A stretch of DNA of 24,781 bases from Coniocarpon cinnabarinum (Eukaryota): positions 62,001 to 86,781 of the forward strand of contig JAVECO010000095.1 in the NCBI GenBank assembly GCA_051942205.1, read 5' to 3'. The position numbers were made by a program, and so were the translations under genes. Position 1 is the first letter of the stretch; every line of letters starts with the position of its first letter. The notes under the pieces are model-generated. The model did no database searches and had not been told where the DNA came from. It saw nothing but the letters and a program-made list of their open reading frames with translations. Below are positions 1 to 10,500 of this stretch, piece after piece.

Positions 1-501
1 ACTATGAATGTATGACGTGGAGTACATTAAGTTCTAGTTGGATTGATGGGAAGGGGTCAGTGACTTTCTCAGCATGGTTACTTGGCGATAGCAAAGCTGC
101 TGTGTCACCACTGTATCTTGAGGCACGTTCCATCCGCACTGATCTCACCGCTGCTTGTCATCAATTGCTAAGCTGTACGCGGAGCATGTCGTATGTGCGC
201 GAGTGCAATCGCTTTCACGCGATTTTGGAAGCTTTACTTGGGCATGAATGAGATTTCAGAGTGGCGAACGCCTGCATTTATCCAAGCCACACCCTTGGGC
301 GTCTAGCTTGCTTGATTGCGTATTCCCTGCGCAACTGCAGCATCGCATTGTCAAATCTGAAGAAGTAGAGCAGGAAGAAAGCCCCGGAAATGCCTTTTAC
401 CCCATTCGCCCTGAACGGGAGGCGCGATCCATAAATGCTTCAATTCCACAGCCGCGATTTACCGCACAAACGCCTCCCTGGTCGACCTTTGCCCACTAAT
501 G

Positions 502-1556
502 TCACTGTCCAGGCATTGGTGGCATCGGTGGAATCGTCCGCGGATTTGCGTCATCGTCGTCGTCCTCATCGTCAACGTCGACATGACTGTTCGACGTTGT
601 CAGCCCAGCCAATTCAAGAGACATTGACGACATCAGGCAACGCCAGGGACTCACCTCAGTGTTCCGGGTGGAACTTCGTAATGCTTCTTTCGCCTCTCCT
701 CAAACTCTCTGTGCTTCCTTCGCGCTTCCTCGCTGGCACTCCGCCCGTCCTCATTCACGGCGTCGCCGTCCTCATTCACTGCCGTCGGATCAACCACTAC
801 TCGCTTCTCTGAGCTGTCTGTGCGCATCATGTCCTGTGCGCCAGCCTTCTCCGCTTCGCCAATGTCCAACTCCGGGATTTCCCCACCGCTGCCGGTCGCG
901 GCTCCAACCTTGGCAGTTCGTCGGCCACGATGATCGCCAGGTTGATCTTTCGCCTTGTCCAGCTCATCGACATTGAGGAACGCAGGATTGATGGCCGCGA
1001 CTTCCTCGTCATCATCATCATTGGGCAAATCGGATGTCTTGACGAATGGAGTTTTGGGCTCGTCAATTTTCATAGTCGCCGGTCGTTCCTGTTCGTTCAG
1101 GTACAAGTTCGCTTCGTCCCACTTCAGGCGTGGCGAGTTTTCGTCAAGATCCATGTTCACATTGTTAGCCTGAGACTGGCGGCGTGAGACGGAGCGCGCA
1201 TTGCTGGAATTGCGGCGAGGGCCAGCATTAGCAAGAGTGTTCTGAAGGACGAGCTCCTTCTCGGATTGCTGATGTGGGAGCGAGGGCCGGTGTGGAGCGC
1301 TGGTGCTGGCATTGAGGGAAATCGGGTCTTGATCGAGGAAGCCAGTCGCCGTTGGAGAGGCGCTGGGCGGGCTGTTGGATTGAATGAGGCTCGGGGAAGA
1401 AAGCTGGTATGAGTTACTGTTCTTGAGGATCCCTTAGAGATGTGTTAGAAGAAAACATGGTTCATGGGGTATGTCCCTGGGATCGATTGCATTACCTTTG
1501 GGCCGAGTGGGATTCTGAGAAGGGCTGTGAATAGGTTGATGCATCTCGGTCGACAT
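502..1556 (-). CDS. GLC8: Protein phosphatase 1 inhibitor-2 / Glc8 family protein, 3 exons: complement(join(502..586,655..1432,1496..1556)), 307 aa
   Basis: Splicing at GTAAT/AAG (intron 1433-1495) creates the N-terminal KGILKN (SILK-type) motif. The protein also has LKWDEANLYLNE, MKIDEPKTPF and FEERRKKHYE, typical of IPP-2. The second intron 587-654 (GTGAGT..GCTGAC..CAG) leads to an acidic last exon ending PPMPGQ*. Total 924 nt, in frame. Confidence 0.92.
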
Positions 1557-2287
1557 CGTGGGCGACTGATACTGCAGCAAGGGGACGTGAAGGGGTGGTG
1601 GGGAGGTGTCGAACAAGTCGTTGCAGCGTTGGAGGTCGGGAGACAAGGAGCGGCAATCAGCAGATGGAGAAGAAGTGGGCCGGGGTGATGAGCAGATGGT
1701 GTGGAGTCGCAAGACCGGGCGTTGCTACGGAAAGGTCCCACGAAGTCGCATGCACAATGATGGATGACGGTATGGTGATTGCGGGAGTCAACGTGGCACT
1801 CGCAGCAGCGTCGCTTGCGGAAGAGGCCAGATCAGGTTTATTTGCACTTCTGCCATCACATGATACTGCCCTGGGCAAAGATCAGATGAACATCAAAGCT
1901 CGCATGTGATAATGTCGATGTCCACGGCGGGATTGCATAAGCCGTGGCGCAAAGAGGTCCCCTCTCGAAAGCGTTTGCTGGACAGCTAACATTCAAATGG
2001 TCGGAGCGTGAGCGCATCTGGTATTTTGTCAGGAAATCAGCCCAGAATCCGAGGATTTCTGGGAAGTCTGCCAACTTCAAGAATTCCAGTGCAATATTTA
2101 CGCTGCGCCATGATGGACCTCGTCCTTCTCCCGCAAGGCCGCCGGGAGGCCTGCCTGTTGTGCTGAGCCTCGGTTGATGACAGTCCTGATTTGTTTCCTT
2201 TTGACCAGCGCGTTTTCTGCGCTCTTGCCATTGGACCATGCGACGATCATGCAGGAACAACCGGTGCGATCGTCTCACCTTAAAAGA

Positions 2288-4774
2288 CTAATTGAGCTGC
2301 ACGTTCCCACTTCGCATCGCGTACATGCCCAACGCCCTGACAGGGAAGATGAACTTGTAATTGGGATACGAGATCATACTTTTCAACACGTCAGCCAGCA
2401 TTCGTCGGGCACGCAGCAAGGCCACCAATGGAACGTGACTTACCAAGATTTGTTAAAGACACCTTCAATGCTCTCCTGCTCCCATTGACCCTTGTCACCC
2501 TGTCGCCGCATAATAAGGCCTAAGCCTCTTTCAAGCGGATCTGGATCCGTAAACCCGGCTTCCATCAAGGCGATCGCGGCAAAGGCCGTGTTGACGACCT
2601 GGCTACCATTGGGATGATCGCGCCACACTTCGTCCTCACAGGACTTGTAGCTCTCGCCCCAGCCCCCGTCCTCGTTCTGATGGTCGAGCAAAAACTTGCA
2701 GGCTCGGCGGACGCGCTCAGAGTTCGTGTATGTTTCGCCAGCCGAAGCAAGTGCCTCAAGTGCAAACATGGCCGCGTACGTAAAGCAAATTCCCCAAGCG
2801 CCATACCATGAACCGTCTGGCCGTTGCGCGTCACGAATGTAATGAAGTGCGGCGCCGACTGTGCGATTGATCTCAGCAGCGCGATAATCCGGATAAAACT
2901 TTTTGAAGAGGTTTAGAGCTGTCACTACAGCTGTCGTACATTCGGGGTAATCATACTCGACCATGATCTTTCCAAAGACCTCTGCTGCATTGAATTGTTC
3001 CAGGAGCCATGGATTACCCCGACGAGCCTCGTAGCTGCCGAAGCCGCCGGTGGGATTCTGCATGGTGAGAAGGACATCAACAGCATCTTGCAGGCGCTCT
3101 CTTGAAACGAGTTGGGGATAGCCAGGGAGCGCTTGCAACATCATCACCGCTTTCATACCTTCAGACACACAATCGCTGACCGTGTATCCCTGCTCACGGG
3201 TGCTGAACGCCCATGCCCCCTTGCGAGATTGTCGGTAGCCTTCTTTCAAAGTGCGAGGCTCCTCCCGTATTTGCTGGTCGTCGAGGAATTCCAGGGCCTT
3301 TGTAAGCATTGGCCGCCATTGCGGATCTTCAGCCAAGCCTGCACTTACGACTGCTTGTACGAGAAACGCTGTGTCCCAAGTTTGGACACCATTAGTTCCG
3401 TTGCAAAGCATGCCATCCCTTGTCATCCACAGGAAGTCATCGAGTCTCTCTCTGTGCCGTCGAACTGGGTACGAATCAGCTCCCTCGCGGATAAAGCACG
3501 CAATGGTGTTCATGGGTGCGTTGACGGGGCCTAGACATGCGTAGTCAGTGTTTTCGTCCTCCCACTGGATCAATTGGTAAGCATAATCCTCGGCACGTTG
3601 CTTGAGCGGAGTTCTGCTCCATAGTGGTGTATGAACGTTAACGAGTAGGTAGTTGACAATGTTCAGTAAGGTGGTTTTAGGGTGGTAGTTGTCCCTGTCA
3701 GATATAGAATTTCGATGTGAGAGGAAGTTGATCGCGCCATATGCATGACAATATAACTCAGACCGAAGAGATCGCGTGACGGGCGTCAGTGGGTGAGAGT
3801 ATTTCACAGACCAAATGAAAGACATCGGCAGGAACACCTGGCGCATATGAATCCACCACCTCCAAGGCGCGATGGGAACAGCGTCAGGAAGCATCCTGAC
3901 AGCTCGTTAGTCTATTGATGGGTTTTGCTCTTCGATCTGACCCACCATAGCTCTGGCGGCACCGGGTTGACTGCGTCCCACTCACAAACGCCCAGCACGG
4001 CTAGCCAGAATTTGGCCCAATGAGGTCCGTAGATTGCGCCTCCCATCTTGTGAAGTAGACCTCTTGCTTTGATCAAACGCAAATCTTCTGCATCCTGATC
4101 AAGAAGCCGCAGAGTGGTATAGTTCATCGCCGTTCCAAACACAGTGCTCTCTCCTTCTATATGTAAGCCCCATCCACCATCTTCGTTCTGCTGAGTCCAT
4201 AAATAATTGCAAATCTCAATACGGCGTTCATCGGGTATCTTCGTGCCAGTGACGAACCAAGCGATTACGAAACCGGGAAGCAAGAATAGCGGCCCTCCAT
4301 ATTCGCAAGCCCAGTTGCCAGGATCTAGCTGGAGGCGCTGAAAAAAGGCGAGCGCTTGCGTTACGGAGTCAAGAGGGCTTTCGGCTCTGGAATGAGTGGG
4401 TAGATCCTGACGTGGTGACCTATTAGTCACAGGTCACAAGGGTCGATCTTCACCGCCACAATCAGTGCCATGAGAGCAGAAATCGGTATTCGGTATACTA
4501 GCTTTCACATCGACTTCCGTCTCTGACATCAGCTGCAAGAAGACCAACGTGAAACACTCACCACGTTCATGCCAAGGTGATATTTGTCTGCGGTAGATTG
4601 CGGCCATGACTCTGTCTCTTGCTTGTTGTGAAGGTATATCCATCTCTGCCGGCCTCGTTCGTCTAGCAGCCTCCATCTCCGATGATCGGTTCGTTCGTCG
4701 CTCTCGTCAACGTTTTCTCGTCGAGGCTGTCTATATCCGGCTTTCGCCACACGATAGCCCGCATGACCGTTCAT
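2288..4774 (-). CDS. ERG7: Lanosterol synthase (2,3-oxidosqualene cyclase), 4 exons: complement(join(2288..2378,2444..3895,3946..4406,4562..4774)), 738 aa
   Basis: Motifs: RWRL..GRQRW at the N-terminus, GNWACEYGGPLFL, QNEDGGWGLH, WWIHMR, NGTNGVQTWD, catalytic SDCVSE (DCTAE-type), QW repeats (QRPDGSWYG, QNEDGGWGES) and C-terminal EGVFNKSCMISYPNYKF. Three canonical GT-AG introns with branch points give 2217 nt in frame. Confidence 0.97.
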
Positions 4775-5849
4775 TGAAATGAGGATCAACCTGGATAGCA
4801 GAATATGAAGAGGCTTCTGAGAGCGTTCACGTTGGATTGACTAGTGCACTGGGATGGCACCCCGCAGCTTCCACTGGCGGTCTTGGGGCGTCCGGTAGCG
4901 GATATATTATGGAGAACGGGAAGGCAATGCATGAAATTTGGTGTTAGCGACCACGAGTGGGGCGAGTGAGTGGTGTCAAGTCAGCGAGACGTCGAAGATT
5001 CAACATGGGCAGTAAAGATTGCATGTCGCTAAGTTCATGGTTAGCAGCCAATGATAGGTGGATGGAAAGCTTCCAGGTAAAGACTAGCGTCGGGACTCAG
5101 CTCCGACATCCGACACACCAGCCCCAGGCCGCTGCCGAGTGTTGAAGTATGTACACCAGAATTCACTGCACGGTTAGATTGAACAAACTTTCAAAAGGTT
5201 ACCATGCAAAGCAACCCTGATGGTCTTATGATGCAAGCTGCGACCATGCATCATTGAGAAGCCGTGAGAAGTAGGTGGAGCGTATCGACAAGAGTTTCGA
5301 TGCCTTGCACCAGTGGATGCGTATGGCCGTCACTCTCACGAACGTAGCACCTGGCAGTGATCAAGGGGAAGTACGAATGAAGCCATGACTAATCACAAGA
5401 GGTGTCGAGCCAGGTGCTGCGAAGATATGTCAACCAAACTTGATGTAACCCGAAAATTTTGTAAGCATCCAGGCAAAAGCAAAATATCCACCGCACGAGA
5501 TCGCTCCAGAAAGGAATGTATTCGGATTGACTCAAGGCCCCAATATGATGGTCAACAACCACAACCGTATTACAGAAGTCTCAGAGTGCATGTGCCAGGC
5601 ACCAGACTTGTTGCTGGTGTGGCGCACATGCAGCAAGGAGCCCAATGCATGACGCGTCAAAATCCATTCCTCCACGAGCGCCACCCCATACCACGACGCG
5701 AGGTCAATTGAGTGCCTGCTTTTGGAAGTAAGCGGCCGTTTTCCAGCCACCGTGCAATTGGTGTCTAAACCAAGCCTACGCGAGAGTTTTCTTATCATCG
5801 CCGCGTGACGCTCTATAAGCAAGCCGCTGTGACATGTTGAGGCTAGGCA

Positions 5850-7484
5850 ATGGAAACCTTCGTGAACTCGGCACCTTTTCGGAGTCTCACGGTGCTCTGT
5901 GTCGTTGTCATGTTCCTCATGATTACCTTGTCTGTGTGTATTACAACCATTACATCCTTGATCACACGGATGTCTCGACGTGAATCAGGAAAAGCTCACG
6001 ACATTCTCTTCCTCGTTGGCGTAAGTATTCTCGAATAAGTCTTTCTCGGTTTTGTGAGAAAGCGATTGAACCGACACTGACTGCTTGTTTGTAACGCAGA
6101 GCGCTGTTGCGTTGACGGCCTCGCTGCTTGCTTCTGTTGTGACCAATCCAATCGGGGAGCAAGGACAGAAGCAAAGAGAAACAAACACGACACTGCAGCG
6201 ACGTTCGAAAACCTTCCGTGTTATTCTACCGGGAGTCATCAGCTTCTTCTTTGTTGCTTCGATAGTCGCGCTCGGCTTTGGGTTGGGCCTGGACTATAAC
6301 GTTTGGGTGAGAAGTCAAGAGCGTGACTATCCCGAACAATATGTGGACATGGAAAGAGCGCGATTTGTATTGGGCGGCGTCCTTATGTGAGTCTGCAGAA
6401 CATGGCCCGGTTTCGAGAACAAGTCTGATGTTCTAGCTGTCTGACCCTCATCTGGATGATTGCAAAGGGGCTAAAGCATTCAATGAGTGCAACACCTTGG
6501 TCTTCCTTTCTCGAAAAGATGAAAGGGAGATCTAAAGACTCTGTATTGCCAGTCTCAGCATCGGTAGGTAACGGATCGGCTCAAACTAGTACTAGTACTC
6601 TCACGAGCTTGACAAAAACTTCTCCATATCTGTCAGCACAACCATATCAGTCTTTGAAAAAGCAACGCAGCTTTCGCATGACCAGCCAGCCCTTTCGCTC
6701 CATAAACGTGGAGAAGCCTCTGCCTGTTCCTTTAATATTGCACAACCATCCGGCTGGCCCTGCGCCATCATCTTCCACAGGGGCTTCCGGCCCAAGACGG
6801 AATTCTTCGATGGATCGTTTGAGTGCTGAGTCGACCCCAGAGCTTCCACCGAAATCGCACCTGAGATCAAATCCAGGGCATCTCCATCTTTTGCATGAGC
6901 CAGTCCAAGAGCGTTCAAATTCGGCTCAGCCTACTGTGCGAAGATCATCAACACAAGCTGGGGCAACTTCGCAGTGGAAATATGAACGCACTGCAGCTAA
7001 TGTTCTACCGCAGCTGCCCAGAGATACTGAGTCTCAAATTCCACCAGTGCCGCCATTGCCGCATGCATGCACTGTGGACAGCCGAAGAAGAAGTAGCCAG
7101 TCTCGGGATCTTTATCGTAGCTCTTTAGTCAAACGAGCTAGCGCCAGTAACAATCCTCTGGACACATCCCGTCTGGCTGGCTATTGTTGTCTCGAGGACG
7201 TCAGCTGTCTATCATCACCGTCGCCGAGAAGCATACTCAAAAAATCACCGTCAGAGACCTCCTTAAAGAGCTGGCGCCTCTCTCACGCCATGGGAAAAGG
7301 AATGAATCGCAAGCGGAGCAACTTGAGCATCTCCAGCAGTCTAAGCGATATACCAGAACTAGAGTTGGTGGGCATCGAAGATGGTGCATACTTGGTGAAT
7401 GTAAAAGAAGCTTCGCGGTCTGAGCTGAGGCACATGTATGGAAAGAAAGTCATTGGATTTGAACAGACGCGAAAAGGCGTATGA
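5850..7484 (+). CDS. Uncharacterised membrane protein (about 4 N-terminal TM helices plus a long S/P/R-rich disordered tail): join(5850..6020,6100..6386,6437..7484), 501 aa
   Basis: Three consecutive ORFs join in frame through introns 6021-6099 (GTAAGT..ACTGAC..CAG) and 6387-6436 (GTGAGT..TCTGAT..TAG), 1506 nt. There are four hydrophobic stretches. I recognise no family. Confidence 0.75.
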
Positions 7485-7721
7485 CTACTCACGCGTTCGT
7501 GTCTGACGTACACATTTCACACGATCATTTGCGACCACTGCTGTCAAGTATGCGCAGAATTACTGATATACTGGTGAGAAGGTCCGAATCGATATCAAAG
7601 TTTGCCAGATCTTTCTCAGCTCGCATTTTCGTGTCGTCGTTCTTCGCATGGACCGGAATCCGGTGCAACCAATGCATCATTGACTGCTATAGTCGTGGCA
7701 TTGGCGACGGAACACATGCCG

Positions 7722-7969
7722 CTACTTCTGTTCCTTGTCTTGTTGCGTGGGGAGCAGCTCGTATCTTTTCTTGAGAGTGACTCGCTCCCTGCTAAATTTG
7801 TCGTCTGGCGAGAAGCGCGCGGGGTGTGCGGAGATGCTTGGTTCGCCACTTGAACTTTGCTTCTTGGTGGTGTAGACTCGCTTGCCAGTGGCTTCGTCGA
7901 CGGTGTACACTAGTGGTGTAAGTCTGATGCTGGAAGAAATACAGTCTAGGAAGACTTACTGAGATACAT
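7722..7969 (-). CDS. NOP10: H/ACA snoRNP subunit Nop10: complement(join(7722..7909,7960..7969)), 65 aa
   Basis: The spliced product [20 protein letters not shown]...[24 protein letters not shown] is the Nop10 signature. A 10-nt first exon is followed by intron 7910-7959 (GTAAGT..TAG). Confidence 0.96.
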
Positions 7970-8300
7970 GATCTCTATGTGCTATTAGTCTATCAGAAGC
8001 TCGCCTGTGAGTACGAAGATTTCCTGTCGTGGTGGATGAGTGAAGCGCGTTGTTAGGTAGCGTTTTGCAGATGGAGATTTGCGGAGGAGAAGCATTCCGA
8101 AGATGGCTAGCCCGTCCTTGAGCGTTAGGTTCCCTGCCAAGACTTGTTGCTTTTACACGTTCGTTGTTAGGGATCATCTTGCTTAATCCTACATCGAATA
8201 GGCTACTGCGTGCGTATCAATCATTCAGCGAACACTATTCAAAGGTGCCACACTGCAGAAGCTTGCGGACTTTTGCTGCCTATCACACAATCAAAGCAAC

Positions 8301-8672
8301 ATGCGCTACGTGTACATTTTCAGCCACCTTCTCTTCGCCATCTCACTCCTGGTGGCTCCAGCGCAAGCCAACTTCTTCGAGCAGTTCTTCGGAGGGGGCG
8401 GAGGCCCCCAGCAAGCACAACAACAGCAGCGAAATGCCCCTTCCGATTCAAACAACTATCGCAATCAATACTTCACCGTACCTTGCGACAAGTATCTTTG
8501 TCCAGACACGCTCGCCTGTGTCCATTTTCCCCACCACTGCCCCTGTGCGTTCCCAGATATCGAAGATAAAGTGGAGCTAGGGGAAGGAAGTGCGATTTGC
8601 GCGAGCAAGGGCGGGTTTAAAGAAGGGGAAATGCAACGAAAAGTTGAGCTTGCACGAAAAGGACTTCTGTGA
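8301..8672 (+). CDS. LCL2: Long chronological lifespan protein 2 (small secretory-pathway/ERAD-associated Cys-rich protein), 123 aa
   Basis: Signal peptide, then [36 protein letters not shown] and C-terminal [10 protein letters not shown], matching fungal Lcl2. Confidence 0.9.
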   Translation: MRYVYIFSHLLFAISLLVAPAQANFFEQFFGGGGGPQQAQQQQRNAPSDSNNYRNQYFTVPCDKYLCPDTLACVHFPHHCPCAFPDIEDKVELGEGSAICASKGGFKEGEMQRKVELARKGLL

Positions 8673-9574
8673 GGGCATTGCAAGCTTTGGCAAAATTCCC
8701 ACAGAACTCAACTACACGCGTGGAGATATTACATGCGGCCAGTAGGCTGGGGCCTATGTGTCGAGTTCACTGAGGGGAAAATTTGCCGCAAATCACTGCA
8801 ATCGCCTTTCGATTCTGGTGTGCGTCCCACCAGCTTATTACTCGGTCTTCTTTGCTGCTACAGTTGGACAAGACTGAGCCTCAATTTTTGGAGGATGCAG
8901 CAGACGAGCATAGCTTTCCTACAGTTGAGATGTCTCTCTCATATGTCGCTGAGGTTCCCATACTCGAAGACCAAGGTAGTGGGTGATTCTCCCTTCCAAT
9001 TTGTGCGTCGCTTCGGTTCAGTTTTCAAAGTGTACCCTGTGGCAGTGCAATCTCACCAGCAGGTTTGAGAAGGGGAAAGAGCCGATTTGAACGAGGGCTA
9101 GAATCCAGGCTGAAAGTCCCTGCCACAATGAAGTGCAGTGGTGTTGCGTAGCTTCGCTGTGAAACCCTTAGCCACAAGAGCCGACATTCCTCATGCTACA
9201 AGCCCTCGCGGTACTTTTGCCGAGCCATACTCAGGAGAATCCGACAACATGTTTCATCTAAGACGCTTGCAGCCAAGGGTGCGGACACTTGCTTGCAAAA
9301 CCTGGGAAGGCCCGGGCACGCCGGACTAGCAATGCAAGGTCCCGGCAATGTGTCTTGTTCACCTGCAAAGCTGCGTCACCATCAATACGTATAGCTTGTG
9401 AGAGGCTGCATCGGGTCATTGGGCGCCGCCTTCCTGTGCGCGACTCCAACACATGAAGACTTCCCCTCGTTCAAGTCGTCTGAGCTTTGCCATGCTCCCG
9501 CTGCAGCTGGCACAAGTCCTCGAGCAGAGCTCGCAAGCCTCATTACACCAGAAACACCCACCTTGCAAGTGAGC

Positions 9575-10417
9575 ATGGCAGCAACTACCACGTCTCATCC
9601 GGATCGGCACCTCCATCCAGTGGCCACGGGGCCGGCTGCGGGTGTCGTGGCTGCCCATCAAGCCGAACAGCCACTCAAGCTTTACTCGGGATGGTTTTGC
9701 CCCTTCGTGCAGCGTGTCTGGTCTGTGCTGGAGGAGAAGCAAATCCCTTACCAGTACATTGAAGTCAACCCGTACGACAAGCCTGAGTCTCTCCTGAAGC
9801 TCAACCCCCGAGGCTTGGTCCCTACGCTCGAATACGAGGGGAAGCCTCTCTTTGAAAGCAGCGTGATCATGGAACTACTGGAAGAAGCGTATCCAAACCA
9901 CGGCCGCAGCCTCCTGCCAAAGGACTTATACCTTCGAGCTCGCATGCGCATCTGGAGTGATTTTTTTGCTACCCGCGTGCTGCCTGCTTACATGCGCCTT
10001 CTCACCTGTCAGCCCTCGCAAAAGGATTCACACGATGACCCGGCGATCTTGGAGAAGCGTGACGAATTCCTCTCCCACGTCAAGACGTTCATTAAGGAGA
10101 TGGATCCGCGGGGTCCGTTCTTCATGGGAGCAGAGCCAACAATGATTGATTTTTCGGCCGCACCATGGGCCATGCGCGCGTGGGCACTCGACTACTTCAA
10201 ACACGGCAGTGGCATCCCGGGGAAAGGCCAAGGTGGAGCCGACGAGCAGCTCTGGGAGCGGTGGCGCACGTGGTTTGCAGCCATCGAGAGCAAGAAGAGC
10301 GTGTCCGGTCTCATGAGCGACCGCGAGCACTACATCCCCATCTACCAACGTTACGCCAACAACACGGCCCAGAGCGAGCTCGCAAAGTCACTCAGAGCTG
10401 GCAGAGGCGTGCCTTGA
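9575..10417 (+). CDS. Glutathione S-transferase, omega-like (Cys active site), about 280 aa, intronless
   Basis: LYSGWFCPFVQRVW (CPF site), LNPRGLVPTL (cis-Pro loop), LFESSVIMELL and C-terminal GPFFMG..PTMIDF. The first ATG is at 9575; the frame stays open upstream to 9398. Confidence 0.9.
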   Translation: MAATTTSHPDRHLHPVATGPAAGVVAAHQAEQPLKLYSGWFCPFVQRVWSVLEEKQIPYQYIEVNPYDKPESLLKLNPRGLVPTLEYEGKPLFESSVIMELLEEAYPNHGRSLLPKDLYLRARMRIWSDFFATRVLPAYMRLLTCQPSQKDSHDDPAILEKRDEFLSHVKTFIKEMDPRGPFFMGAEPTMIDFSAAPWAMRAWALDYFKHGSGIPGKGQGGADEQLWERWRTWFAAIESKKSVSGLMSDREHYIPIYQRYANNTAQSELAKSLRAGRGVP

Positions 10418-10500
10418 AGCAGTGTGGCTATTGTAATCTTTGTGCTAGGTCGCCTGAAATGCAGTATAGCCAGTACATCGAAGTCATCTCCCCAACTGCT

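Noticed and set aside
2003..2190. U3 snoRNA (box B-like GAGCGTGA, GGTTGATGA and CTGA present)
   Set aside because: There is no box A/A' (TACTT..AGGATCATTTC), and the box order and spacing do not fit U3.
3160..3185. DCVSE instead of DCTAE as a sign of altered cyclase specificity
   Set aside because: The catalytic Asp-Cys is intact. As I recall, the following positions vary among ascomycete lanosterol synthases, so this alone is not evidence of a new product.
8883..8893. Sm-site-like AATTTTTGGAG suggesting a spliceosomal snRNA
   Set aside because: No U1, U2, U4 or U5 signature (ATACTTACCTG, GTGTAGTA, GCCTTTTAC) is nearby.
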